Virus record (IMG/VR): IMGVR_UViG_3300030433_001901 | Location: 39,767 to 103,766 of that record | Origin: a virus | Lineage: Duplodnaviria > Caudoviricetes | Reading direction: 5' to 3' (one strand) | Length of the DNA stretch: 64,000 bases | Part shown: positions 39,342 to 48,806 of the stretch, piece by piece | Position numbering within the stretch: the stretch's first letter is position 1 | Layout of the letters: each line of letters begins with the position of its first letter | Notes under the pieces: model-generated | Seen by the model: the letters and a program-made list of their open reading frames with translations, nothing else | Databases searched by the model: none | Told to the model about the DNA's origin: nothing | Program-made: the position numbers and the translations under genes

Positions 39342-40911
39342 AGAAGTTGAAGAAGAATTTGTATTTACTAACTCACATGATATGTGGCTTAACCAAGAGG
39401 CTGACGAAGATGAAATGATATTCACATTCGCACCGGATATTGATGTGGCTAAATCACTACCTGCTAACAGGACAGGTGAACAACTACAAGAAGGAGCGCG
39501 ACCGTGGCAACAGGAAGGTTATGCTTCATGGCTTGGCTTAGATGGCAAGCGCATGGGAACATGGGTTGCTACCGGAGCAGGTAAGACGCGTCTTGCTATT
39601 ACTGTCGCTCACAATTGGCTACACGAACACGAACCTCACCCCGTTATCATATTCTATGTGCCGACTAAAGCATTACTTAATCAAACGCGAACTGTATTCC
39701 GTATGTGGGGTCTAACTGTTGGTCGTATTGGTGGTGGATACAATGAACGCTCACCAAACAAAGATGTGTATATTACTACTTACTTATCAGCCAAGAAGAT
39801 ACCTAACATCAAACACTTACAGAACAGAAAGAAACTTCTCATCTTAGATGAATGCCACATGGCGGGTGGAGAAGGTGCGCTCAAACACTTTCGCAACTTT
39901 CAAGGTGATGCTTGTCTATTACTTAGCGCAACACCGCACAGAAGTGATGGTGTTTGTGTCATGTGTGAGTTGAATACCACACCAAAGAACCATGTCTGTC
40001 AAGGCGAGGATTGTGTTGCAGGTATTCATTGTCGCGTCAAACTAATTGAAGGTATCAAACAATCAAGGACAGACGATGACGAATTAGATTACACATTCCA
40101 CCTTATCAAAATCAAGATGAAAGATGCTGAACAGATTGAATACAATGAGTTGACTGAACAGATTAGCAAACTGTATTGGAAGTGCTACAAGGCGGCTGAT
40201 GAAACAGCGGGTGCTAACAAACACAATCTATTTGACAGACGCAACTTCAAAGTTGGAGGGTTGTTGAATGAGGTTGTATCTTATTCACAGGCAGGTAAGC
40301 CTATGACTATACTACACATGTATCAGTATCTATGCAACAAGCGCAAGAGATTGATGAATGACATGGAGAATAGATTTACTGCCGCGCAATACATACTCAA
40401 TGAAAACATTGGTAAGAAAGGATTACTATTTCACGAAACCATCTTTGGTATTGAAAGACTCAATGGTATGTGTAAGAACTTGGGTATTCACCCACACATA
40501 TATCACAGCGGTCTTTCCACATTACCTGCTGATGTCTATGAAACTTACCCCGAACTAAACAACGCGGGATTCAAACGCAGACTACAACAATATAGCGAAG
40601 ATGCTACTAAGGAATTGAAGAGATGGGAACGCTCATCATCGGACATTCTATTATCATGTAAGTCATTGAAGGTTGGTTTCAATGCACCGGACATTGACTA
40701 CTTAGTGATGATGACAGGCACAAACAATGTGCGCTCTCGCATTCAAACTATTGGTCGTGTGTTTCGCGGTAGCAAGCACAAGGACATCTACATGTTTGTG
40801 TATGACAATGAAGAAGGAGGCGACATGAAATGCTTTTACAAATTGATAAACGAAACAGGCATCAATGAAGAGCCGGAGAAAATACGAGTCCACATTTACG
40901 ATAGTGAATGA
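39319..40911 (+). CDS. Superfamily 2 helicase (XPB/Rad25-like)
   Basis: RPWQ, ATGAGKT, DECH, SAT, GFNAPD, QTIGRVFR. Confidence 0.9.
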   Translation: MKIMIEVEEVEEEFVFTNSHDMWLNQEADEDEMIFTFAPDIDVAKSLPANRTGEQLQEGARPWQQEGYASWLGLDGKRMGTWVATGAGKTRLAITVAHNWLHEHEPHPVIIFYVPTKALLNQTRTVFRMWGLTVGRIGGGYNERSPNKDVYITTYLSAKKIPNIKHLQNRKKLLILDECHMAGGEGALKHFRNFQGDACLLLSATPHRSDGVCVMCELNTTPKNHVCQGEDCVAGIHCRVKLIEGIKQSRTDDDELDYTFHLIKIKMKDAEQIEYNELTEQISKLYWKCYKAADETAGANKHNLFDRRNFKVGGLLNEVVSYSQAGKPMTILHMYQYLCNKRKRLMNDMENRFTAAQYILNENIGKKGLLFHETIFGIERLNGMCKNLGIHPHIYHSGLSTLPADVYETYPELNNAGFKRRLQQYSEDATKELKRWERSSSDILLSCKSLKVGFNAPDIDYLVMMTGTNNVRSRIQTIGRVFRGSKHKDIYMFVYDNEEGGDMKCFYKLINETGINEEPEKIRVHIYDSE

Positions 40912-40949
40912 TTGACAAAAAGAAAATAAAAAATAAACGAGGAATATAT

Positions 40950-41342
40950 ATGGAAAAGATATTAAGTTATAGAGAAAAAATAGAACAAGAAAGAAAACAA
41001 AGAGCGCAAGCCAATAGGGAGAAGCATAGCAAACCCAAAGACGCGAAGCCTATTGTTTGGGAAAGTAAGAACCACATACATACAAGGACAAAGTATGGCA
41101 CTACAAGTGAACGCATTAGTGGTTTCAATACACACAGACCACAGCGACGCACAACAACTGATGGCTTCCCAGCAACAGACCAAGAGAAAGCATTTGCTGA
41201 CGCATGGAAACCCATGACAGTCGCGAAGATTAAAGCAGATTTGAAATTATTTGGTGAGAAAGTTAGCGGAAGAAAGATGGAATTGATTGCGCGCTTATTT
41301 GTAGCAATAGAAAAGGCTAATGCGATAGGTGAGGAAGAATGA
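40950..41342 (+). CDS. SAP-domain protein
   Basis: MTVAKIKADLKLFGEKVSGRKMELIARL; ATG 40950 after GAGG. Confidence 0.7.
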   Translation: MEKILSYREKIEQERKQRAQANREKHSKPKDAKPIVWESKNHIHTRTKYGTTSERISGFNTHRPQRRTTTDGFPATDQEKAFADAWKPMTVAKIKADLKLFGEKVSGRKMELIARLFVAIEKANAIGEEE

Positions 41343-41578
41343 GCGACCAAAATAATCACAAGCCACAACCAATACCAACTACCCTTGCAGGTTATGTTAG
41401 AAGACATGGCGGATTGATTAAGGTGTCAATTAGTGTTGATGCTTTCAACGATTGCATATCATATACTTCCAGCGACGGAATTGAATTTGTCGCGTTAGAT
41501 ATTAACCTAAAGCAATTGCACAAAGTCATAAACGGAGAGCGCAACTTAACAACTATCATTCAGCGAGGTGATGAGTAA
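41339..41578 (+). CDS. Hypothetical protein
   Basis: ATGA-coupled 79-aa ORF. Confidence 0.6.
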   Translation: MSDQNNHKPQPIPTTLAGYVRRHGGLIKVSISVDAFNDCISYTSSDGIEFVALDINLKQLHKVINGERNLTTIIQRGDE

Positions 41579-41946
41579 TGACATTCATGCCGGATTGGGA
41601 TACTATTGAGAACAGCATTGTTGATAACTTAGACAACACATCAAGGAGAGATGAGCCAAGAGTATATGTTCTGTCTGTAATCAAAACATTTGATAGGATA
41701 GATACTACAATACACGCGACTAAAGAATCAGCGATTCAAACATTGAGGTATGAACTATACACTTCTCTTATGAAAAGATACCATCGCTTCGCGAAAGTAA
41801 TGGCTAAAGTAAATCCCGATAAAGAGAATCAAACCCTCAAACAACTATCACTTGATGTAGTTGAGGGGAGAGTCCAACATGAAATCGTTGATTATCTAAT
41901 ACAAGCGCAAGTTGTTAACGACAAGAAAGGTGAGAAGAATGACTAA
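41578..41946 (+). CDS. Hypothetical protein
   Basis: TAATG-coupled ORF. Confidence 0.6.
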   Translation: MTFMPDWDTIENSIVDNLDNTSRRDEPRVYVLSVIKTFDRIDTTIHATKESAIQTLRYELYTSLMKRYHRFAKVMAKVNPDKENQTLKQLSLDVVEGRVQHEIVDYLIQAQVVNDKKGEKND

Positions 41947-42145
41947 GAAAATATCATTGAATGAACAGATTGAAATTTGGGCTAAAGAAAGAGAGGCGAA
42001 CCCTATCCGATGCAAATGCGGAAGCACAGAACATGAATCAGTAATGAGTCGCGGCCTTGCAGGTATGACTGTTATTACATCATGCCCTCTTGAAATAGAA
42101 GCGGCGCACAAAGCGTTTATGAAATCAGCAGGTGAGGAAGAATGA
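41939..42145 (+). CDS. Small Cys-containing hypothetical protein
   Basis: ATG 41939 after GGTGA; CKCG. Confidence 0.55.
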   Translation: MTKKISLNEQIEIWAKEREANPIRCKCGSTEHESVMSRGLAGMTVITSCPLEIEAAHKAFMKSAGEEE

Positions 42146-42408
42146 CATTTGAATTCAAAGGAAAGAGAAAAGCACACGCAACAAGAATCATATCATATCT
42201 TGATGACATCTATGAGGTCGGTCAATCTTTCAATGCTCGCGATGCTATCTATCAAATGACACACAACCACACACCAAAGACAAAGAGCGGAACGCGCTAC
42301 ACAAGAAAGAACATACCACAACAGCGACAGTTATCTATGTGGTTGAGAATCCACCCGCGATTTCAACCCGTTGGTTATCAAACAGGACTATGGAGGCGAG
42401 TTGAATGA
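42142..42408 (+). CDS. Hypothetical protein (possible winged helix)
   Basis: ATGA-coupled 88-aa ORF. Confidence 0.55.
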   Translation: MTFEFKGKRKAHATRIISYLDDIYEVGQSFNARDAIYQMTHNHTPKTKSGTRYTRKNIPQQRQLSMWLRIHPRFQPVGYQTGLWRRVE

Positions 42409-42698
42409 AGATAGATATACTATTTGACAAACAAAAGCGCGAAGATGGATTTCTCAACTTTGTTATACACCCTAACTACATTACTGAAGTTGATAGATAC
42501 ACAGCCAACACTTACAGAAAAGATGTAAGAGATACTGCGGCGCGTCTATACTTCATCACTAACTTACTACCCAACTTGAAAGGGCGCGACTTGTTATTGA
42601 TTGCCGAAGGTGATTACACACTTGAGATTGATGAGGACAGCGATGAGAATTACTACATCGCCACACTAACAACAGGAGTCAAGGGGGAAGAAGAATGA
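42405..42698 (+). CDS. Hypothetical protein
   Basis: ATGA-coupled ORF. Confidence 0.6.
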   Translation: MKIDILFDKQKREDGFLNFVIHPNYITEVDRYTANTYRKDVRDTAARLYFITNLLPNLKGRDLLLIAEGDYTLEIDEDSDENYYIATLTTGVKGEEE

Positions 42699-42931
42699 GT
42701 TGGCCTCGCACTTTGAAAGACTATCGTAAGTTTGAACGAGTTATTGCTCGCGTTGATGGTGTCGCTATAACCATACCATTGATACCACCACACTACAAAT
42801 TCTTTGGAGTTGATTCAAAAAGCAACGGTATCTATCGCAGATACAATCAAGACGAGAGAATGAAAGCGCATCAGCACAAGTTTGTATCAATTCCTTACAG
42901 CGCACTACACCGCTACGAGGTGATACAATGA
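42695..42931 (+). CDS. Hypothetical protein
   Basis: ATGA-coupled ORF. Confidence 0.55.
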   Translation: MSWPRTLKDYRKFERVIARVDGVAITIPLIPPHYKFFGVDSKSNGIYRRYNQDERMKAHQHKFVSIPYSALHRYEVIQ

Positions 42932-43077
42932 GCGAGATACTATTCATTCGCATTGAATGTGAAGAACACATCATTGAAGAATACATTGATGAGTCAAACA
43001 TGAGAACAAACCTGCGCGTATGGTCAAGCGCAATACAAAAGTTAGACCAACAATATAATATGGAGGAAAAAATATGA
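42928..43077 (+). CDS. 49-aa hypothetical protein (not in ORF track)
   Basis: MSEILFIRIEC...MEEKI*; ATGA overlaps at both ends; GAGGTGA RBS. Confidence 0.55.
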   Translation: MSEILFIRIECEEHIIEEYIDESNMRTNLRVWSSAIQKLDQQYNMEEKI

Positions 43078-43754
43078 AACAGAAATATATGAGAAGACCA
43101 AATGAAAGAGCATACGAGTTTGCTATACGCATCATGAAAGGTGCGACAACACATGGAGGAAACTTAGAACACCTAACGGCGAAGCAAGTCCACAAACTTG
43201 TTGACCAAAGAGGTTCGCGCAAGATGGATTTGAGGCAAGTGCAATCAAGTTTATACTACGCGGCTAAGAAAACAGGTAAGATTACCATACACAAAGTGAA
43301 AGGTAAGCGCAAGACATACACATACAATCATACTCTTGGTGGTATGTTTGGTAAGCCTAAATTTACACAAGATGATAGTTTCTTTGACGAAGAAGATATG
43401 TCAGCACCGGACATAATGTATGAGCCATCTAAGATGAAGAAAATAAATGAGATGAAGGAAATGAATAAGAAACTCATCGCAGAACACAAAAGCAACTTCA
43501 TCAAGTATGATAAGAAAGAACCACGCGATGCTCTTGTGTCCACAGTCAAGCATGAGTTCACAGCAGAACAGTTGCTTGAATCACTTGAAGCATTGAACCA
43601 AGACTTGCATGACAATGTTATCGTTGCTATCTTTGCCGCGCTTGGTAAAGATAACTACTTACCATTCCATCATGACTTTACCAAACCACAACCGCGCAAG
43701 ACCGCGTTGATGGATTGGCACTTTGAACACGGCAACTTGGTGGTGAAGGAATGA
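43074..43754 (+). CDS. Putative DNA-binding (wHTH-like) protein
   Basis: LTAKQVHKLV..LRQVQSSLYY..GKITIHK..RKTY. Confidence 0.55.
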   Translation: MKQKYMRRPNERAYEFAIRIMKGATTHGGNLEHLTAKQVHKLVDQRGSRKMDLRQVQSSLYYAAKKTGKITIHKVKGKRKTYTYNHTLGGMFGKPKFTQDDSFFDEEDMSAPDIMYEPSKMKKINEMKEMNKKLIAEHKSNFIKYDKKEPRDALVSTVKHEFTAEQLLESLEALNQDLHDNVIVAIFAALGKDNYLPFHHDFTKPQPRKTALMDWHFEHGNLVVKE

Positions 43755-43918
43755 AATGCACAATCTATTGCGCTGTCAAAGGACAAGAATCATACAAAGT
43801 AAAGGTCGTTGACAATGATGAGTTGGCTAAGTCTTTCTGTCTTAGATACAACAGTCCAGCATCACAACTACATGACCCCGATGTATCTTACTATTTTGTA
43901 AGAGGTGAAGAAGAATGA
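43751..43918 (+). CDS. 55-aa hypothetical protein (not in ORF track)
   Basis: MKCTIYC...RGEEE*; ATGA overlaps at both ends. Confidence 0.55.
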   Translation: MKCTIYCAVKGQESYKVKVVDNDELAKSFCLRYNSPASQLHDPDVSYYFVRGEEE

Positions 43919-44373
43919 CATTTAATGAAAAAGAATTCCACGCGCTAATTGATGATGACCACACAGTAGTTAACATGACTACCAACGATGCAGGTGATGG
44001 TAATTATGTCATAGTGATGAACGCTTTTGTTAGACCAACAAGCGCACTACGAGATAACTACCTCAACCCTCATAGAAACATGGGAAGAATACCTGTTCAG
44101 TATGTCCGCGCTTGTCCTAAGTGTGATACTGAATGGAAGCCTCTCACCTATGACATCAAGAAAGGTAAGATGCAATCAACGCATTATCATTGTTGCTCTA
44201 ACGCTATTTGTTCACAGACTTACAACAAGTTTGTGGCGCGCGGTGAGAAAGTTGATATACTACACAGCCAACAAGATACTATGACGCGCGGTGAAGAAGA
44301 TGAAGAATTTGTTTTCATCAACGAAAACGAAAGCGAAGAATTTGAATTCATATTTGTGGGAGGCGAGCAGTAA
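43915..44373 (+). CDS. Zn-ribbon protein with C-terminal EEFVF/EEFEF motifs
   Basis: CPKC...CCSNAIC; ends EEDEEFVFINENESEEFEFIF. Confidence 0.65.
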   Translation: MTFNEKEFHALIDDDHTVVNMTTNDAGDGNYVIVMNAFVRPTSALRDNYLNPHRNMGRIPVQYVRACPKCDTEWKPLTYDIKKGKMQSTHYHCCSNAICSQTYNKFVARGEKVDILHSQQDTMTRGEEDEEFVFINENESEEFEFIFVGGEQ

Positions 44374-44463
44374 TGCGTTCTCCCTATGAGATAGAACAAA
44401 CCACCAATGAAACATTGGTTATAACACAGTCCATTGGACAAAAAATAATAGGAGGAAAAAGAA

Positions 44464-46512
44464 ATGAATAAAAATAACCCCCAAGAAGCCACGCGCACCG
44501 TAGTAATCGGTGTCGCTCAAGATGAAAAGAACAACATGCAATTGGTAGCAAGCCCAGCATGGGAAGGTGTCAAATACATTCCCAATGATTGTATTGCTGA
44601 TACCATAGAACACGGTGAGCAAACTGTATTCTTGTTGCAAGACGCTAATGTGAACAGCGTAAATATTCGCGTTGCGGATAATTACAACTACGACACTAAC
44701 GGCGATGCTGTGCTACAAGACATTGCTGATATGTGGATTGAGTTTGGTGAAACAAACGCTGTTGATGAAGAACCGGAGATGGAGTTTGTCTTCAATGATG
44801 CATCGGAAGAAACATCATCGGAAGAAGAATTCACATTCAATGAACCAACAACACAAGAAGCAGACTACGATGACAGCACACCTAACTTTGGTGATGCGCT
44901 TGGTGTTGAGTTAGCAGACCATGTTCTTGCCGAGAATGAAACAGCAGATGATGTCGCATTGAAACAAGTCAAGACTAAATTGACAGCGGCACAGCGCGCT
45001 AACAAAGCAAGACAAGAAAGGTATGCTGAATCAAAAGTAATCAAGGACAACATGAAGTCGGACATCAGCAGGGCTATGGCAGACGGCAAGCGACACGAAG
45101 ACTTTGGTGCATGGAACTTCCGCACCAAGACTTACGACATGGTTGCTCGCACAGTTGACCCAATCACAGGCAATACTGAATACCACGAAGTGCATTCGGA
45201 GAAAGGCGATACAAGAGTCCGCGCTATCTTCAATCCAACACTTGCTACTCAAGACAACCCACTTGGTCATTGTTTGAACCGCGCGATTGGCCCGAACTTT
45301 GTTCCGGTTGAACACCCCGATGTGTTTATCCCAATCATTCAAACTGTTCGCGGTATCAATGAAGCCAATGGTTGTGTCTATGAATTGAAGGAAGGCGACA
45401 AGGAAGCAACACTTGTGTCCGGTCAAGAACTAATTACTTATGACGCATTCTCTTTCAACAAGGGTGCGCGTGCTATGATTAACCTTGACCTAACTGACTA
45501 CTCAACTAAGACTCGCAATGAATCTGCTAAGAGCCTCGGCAACTTTGGCTATGTCAATCTATCAGCAAACAGAATCAGCGACGCGCTTGTTGAAGAAGAA
45601 GGTGGACATCGTATTGGTGTATCAATCATCAATGCTCACGATGGTAAGTCTGCTCTTCAAGCATTCATGACTGTTCTCCGCACTTACTGTGGTAATCTTG
45701 CCGCACGCGGTGGTGTTCAAGCATTGCTAATGGCTGGCGACAAGACTAAGATACGACACATGGAAGGTGTAGTTTCACAGTTTGATGGTGAAAGATTTGC
45801 TTCTCAACTTGGACAAGCACTTCTTGAATCGCGTAAGAACTTGGTTGCTATGCACATCTTAAGACACATACCTGTTGAGGCTAACGCGTTTGATAAGATA
45901 CTAACTTCATTCTCTTCACATGGTCTTATCGCACAACCGTCAATCACAATCAGCGCGGCTGACATTGATACATTCCCGAAGGATAAGAACGGAAACATTG
46001 TTATCACTAAGGCTGTAATGGATTCCGATGCCGCTAAGGTTGGACACGGCCATGCTTGGAATGCTATGAACAAAGGTTGGATTGACCCCGACCAAGACTT
46101 CGTTGCTATGGGTAAGACAGAATTGGATAAGCAATCTGTTGGAAGTGTATTCCATGCCGCGCAATGTTTGACTGGTGTTATTACTCACAACCCTATCTTT
46201 GACGATGGTAAGAGGACACTAACAGGACAGAAGCATGGTATTGAAACGCTGATGAAGAAGTCGGACAAAGCCGCGAACATGTTTGAAGATATTGCTATGG
46301 CCGCTGTCAATGCTTACTCTAAACATACAGGCAAACCCGTTGATGATTTAGAAGCAATGGGTCAATGGCTTGCTGACAACCCCGACCAATTCAAGATACC
46401 TTACAGTAAGACTAAGGCTGGTAAGAAAGTTATGACACCTATCAATGAGATACCAACCTTCCAAGAAACATGGAAGCCAACTATCAAACTTGTCAAGGTT
46501 GATAACAAGTAA
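44464..46512 (+). CDS. DUF932-like (TIGR03299-type) protein with acidic N-terminal extension
   Basis: IINAHDGKSAL...LRTYCGNL...KIRH signature. Confidence 0.7.
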   Translation: MNKNNPQEATRTVVIGVAQDEKNNMQLVASPAWEGVKYIPNDCIADTIEHGEQTVFLLQDANVNSVNIRVADNYNYDTNGDAVLQDIADMWIEFGETNAVDEEPEMEFVFNDASEETSSEEEFTFNEPTTQEADYDDSTPNFGDALGVELADHVLAENETADDVALKQVKTKLTAAQRANKARQERYAESKVIKDNMKSDISRAMADGKRHEDFGAWNFRTKTYDMVARTVDPITGNTEYHEVHSEKGDTRVRAIFNPTLATQDNPLGHCLNRAIGPNFVPVEHPDVFIPIIQTVRGINEANGCVYELKEGDKEATLVSGQELITYDAFSFNKGARAMINLDLTDYSTKTRNESAKSLGNFGYVNLSANRISDALVEEEGGHRIGVSIINAHDGKSALQAFMTVLRTYCGNLAARGGVQALLMAGDKTKIRHMEGVVSQFDGERFASQLGQALLESRKNLVAMHILRHIPVEANAFDKILTSFSSHGLIAQPSITISAADIDTFPKDKNGNIVITKAVMDSDAAKVGHGHAWNAMNKGWIDPDQDFVAMGKTELDKQSVGSVFHAAQCLTGVITHNPIFDDGKRTLTGQKHGIETLMKKSDKAANMFEDIAMAAVNAYSKHTGKPVDDLEAMGQWLADNPDQFKIPYSKTKAGKKVMTPINEIPTFQETWKPTIKLVKVDNK

Positions 46513-46539
46513 GGACTAACTCACTAAGCCCCTGCCCTC

Positions 46540-46570
46540 ACCCGTTTGTTGGAGTCCGAAAACCATCACC
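46540..46570 (+). repeat. 31-nt 3'-UTR motif, copy 2
   Basis: ACCCGTTTGTTGGAGTCCGAAAACCATCACC. Confidence 0.8.
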
Positions 46571-46579
46571 CCTATTTCA

Positions 46580-46641
46580 TGGGGAGGGTCGCGAACCCTT
46601 TTCCTCGTTCTTTCCTATCTTGAACACCGCGACCCTCCCCA
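46580..46641 (+). other. GC-rich 14-bp stem with 34-nt pyrimidine-rich loop (terminator or sRNA)
   Basis: TGGGGAGGGTCGCG/CGCGACCCTCCCCA perfect inverted repeat. Confidence 0.6.
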
Positions 46642-46699
46642 CCCCTTGACTGTCGTTGCTCATGGAATGATGAGCGCATAGCAAGAATGGTGAAAGCCT

Positions 46700-47248
46700 A
46701 TGAAGAAAGAAAATAAAATAAATTGGAAACTGAATGCGCAGAATCAAGAAACCAAAGATGGTGAATTGACTCGCGCTGTTCAAGAAATAACAGAACTGAA
46801 TGATGAAAACAGAATGGAAGTGTTGACCGACCTTTACGGTGCAGAAGCATTGAATGTTCTAATTGAGATGTATGGTGAACCCAACCGAGTTATGGGTATC
46901 GCTAACATTGATGGAAGAACAGTAATGCTTGGCGACTGTGCTTGTGGTGGAGAACATTGCCGCGCTAATTGGGGTTGGGTTTGGAAGACTCGCGACCTTA
47001 ACATGACTGGACACCGAGGTAGTATGCATGCTGAACCATGTCCGAAAGCAAAGCCGACAATCTTTGACGCTAATCAAGGCATGTTATACGACGCGCCTTG
47101 GGGTATGGATAGAGAAGAGTTTTACAGATTCCAACGCAAAGATTGGGGAGATGTTGACAAGATTGGTTTGCAGAACTTCATGAATGCGAATGTTGCTACC
47201 GCTGAAAAGAGAAAGACTGGAATGAATGATTGGGTGGTTGACCAATAA
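46700..47248 (+). CDS. Hypothetical protein
   Basis: 182 aa; GGTGA RBS; CACGGEHC. Confidence 0.6.
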   Translation: MKKENKINWKLNAQNQETKDGELTRAVQEITELNDENRMEVLTDLYGAEALNVLIEMYGEPNRVMGIANIDGRTVMLGDCACGGEHCRANWGWVWKTRDLNMTGHRGSMHAEPCPKAKPTIFDANQGMLYDAPWGMDREEFYRFQRKDWGDVDKIGLQNFMNANVATAEKRKTGMNDWVVDQ

Positions 47249-47278
47249 ATCAACTAAGAAATAAAACAGGTGAAAGAA

Positions 47279-47566
47279 ATGAAAACGAAACTGAAAACAA
47301 TAGATAATGAACTATACCTTGAGTATGTAGATAGTCAAGGTGAATTGATACAGAACAAAGTGCTGAAAGGTTGGGAGTCAATGACTGGCTGGTATTGGTT
47401 CGCGACTGAACTGAACTGTCATGGTGAAGATGGCTACCACTTCGGATATGTCCAAGGTAGTTATCCCGAATGGGGATACTTTACCGAAGGCGAGTTGAAG
47501 AGCATCAAATTTGTTTGGCCTATCAAAGACATAGACTTACCGCACGCTGGAAGGAGGAATGACTGA
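47279..47566 (+). CDS. DUF2958-like protein
   Basis: WYWFATE...FGYVQG..PEWGYFTEGEL. Confidence 0.6.
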   Translation: MKTKLKTIDNELYLEYVDSQGELIQNKVLKGWESMTGWYWFATELNCHGEDGYHFGYVQGSYPEWGYFTEGELKSIKFVWPIKDIDLPHAGRRND

Positions 47567-47889
47567 TGGTATCAATGGGAGAATTGCACGACATGACTAT
47601 GGAAGAACTACGCGAACTCAATGAGAATGTGGTTCATGTCATCAAGCACAAGAGGAAACTCGCGGCTAAGTTGATGAAGGAACAACTCAATGAAGGTGAT
47701 GAAGTGTATTGGATTTCACACAGAACAAACAAGAGAGTTGATGGAAGAATATTAAAAGTGAACAGAACCAAGTGCAAGGTTATTGCTAACGACGATGGTG
47801 CGCGCTGGACTGTTCCTATGAGTATGCTCAAACCTAATTACAGTAAGAGGCTTGTTAACTTCAATGCAAACACAGGGGGTTTTGAGTAA
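47566..47889 (+). CDS. SH3/KOW-like barrel protein
   Basis: LNEGDEVYW..GRILKVNRTKCKV..WTVPMSML. Confidence 0.55.
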   Translation: MVSMGELHDMTMEELRELNENVVHVIKHKRKLAAKLMKEQLNEGDEVYWISHRTNKRVDGRILKVNRTKCKVIANDDGARWTVPMSMLKPNYSKRLVNFNANTGGFE

Positions 47890-48806
47890 TGGGATACACA
47901 CACTATGCTTACATACCTGCTGGGAGAATTGACGATGATGAATGGACAGCCTTACAGCAAGACATTTTACTATTGACTCTTGATGGTGATTGGGAAGAAA
48001 AGAAAGTAATACTCACTAATGATTTGATTCAAGTGCAAGGCAACCACGAATGGTTTTCTATACCACGCGAACCTAAAGCAACAGACTTCATAAGCAAGAA
48101 AGATACTTACTATACCTTTACTAAGACAGCGCGTAAGCCATACGACTACATCATTGTTGCTTGCTACATGGCTTTGTATCGTTGTGTCAAGGGTGTTAAG
48201 TTATCAAGTGATGGCGACTATGATGAACTCGCAGAAGGCAGACAACACTACGCTGAAATAATGTGCTTTGATGAAGATGCTATCTTTGAATTGTTCGCTG
48301 ACACTATCCACGACCCGCGACCCGAATGGTATATTGGCGACCCATGCTATGCAATCAATGACCACTTTTGGGACGACTTTTGTAAAGAAGTAAGTAAGTT
48401 CTCACATGATGGACTGGAAGGTGATGGTATTGAATTTGAATTCATGGGGAATAAATGTTATGTCTATAACAGCGGTCTTGGTGGCGATGGTTCATTCAAT
48501 GTTCATGGCCGCGAGTTTTGTGTTGATGCTGGATTAGTTTCCGTATTACCTGCGCGGCTTGTTGATGAGGATAGACAAGGTGGACACATGGTTCGCTCGC
48601 GACTACGACCTGTCTTTGACATAGACACAAACAACTTCCCGCATATCACACTAACTCTTGATGGTGATACACAGTTTGCTAACGGTGGACATCTTGAATG
48701 TGATGGTTGCGGTGAATGGCGCATGATAAATGATACATGGTCTAACAATGATGGTGAAACAGTTTGTGTTGAATGTGAAGAAGAAGAAGATGTGGAGGAA
48801 TACTGA
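47889..48806 (+). CDS. Multidomain hypothetical protein
   Basis: MGYTHY..FTKTARKPYD module, YIGDPCY..VDAGLV module and C-terminal CxxC pairs. Confidence 0.6.
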   Translation: MGYTHYAYIPAGRIDDDEWTALQQDILLLTLDGDWEEKKVILTNDLIQVQGNHEWFSIPREPKATDFISKKDTYYTFTKTARKPYDYIIVACYMALYRCVKGVKLSSDGDYDELAEGRQHYAEIMCFDEDAIFELFADTIHDPRPEWYIGDPCYAINDHFWDDFCKEVSKFSHDGLEGDGIEFEFMGNKCYVYNSGLGGDGSFNVHGREFCVDAGLVSVLPARLVDEDRQGGHMVRSRLRPVFDIDTNNFPHITLTLDGDTQFANGGHLECDGCGEWRMINDTWSNNDGETVCVECEEEEDVEEY

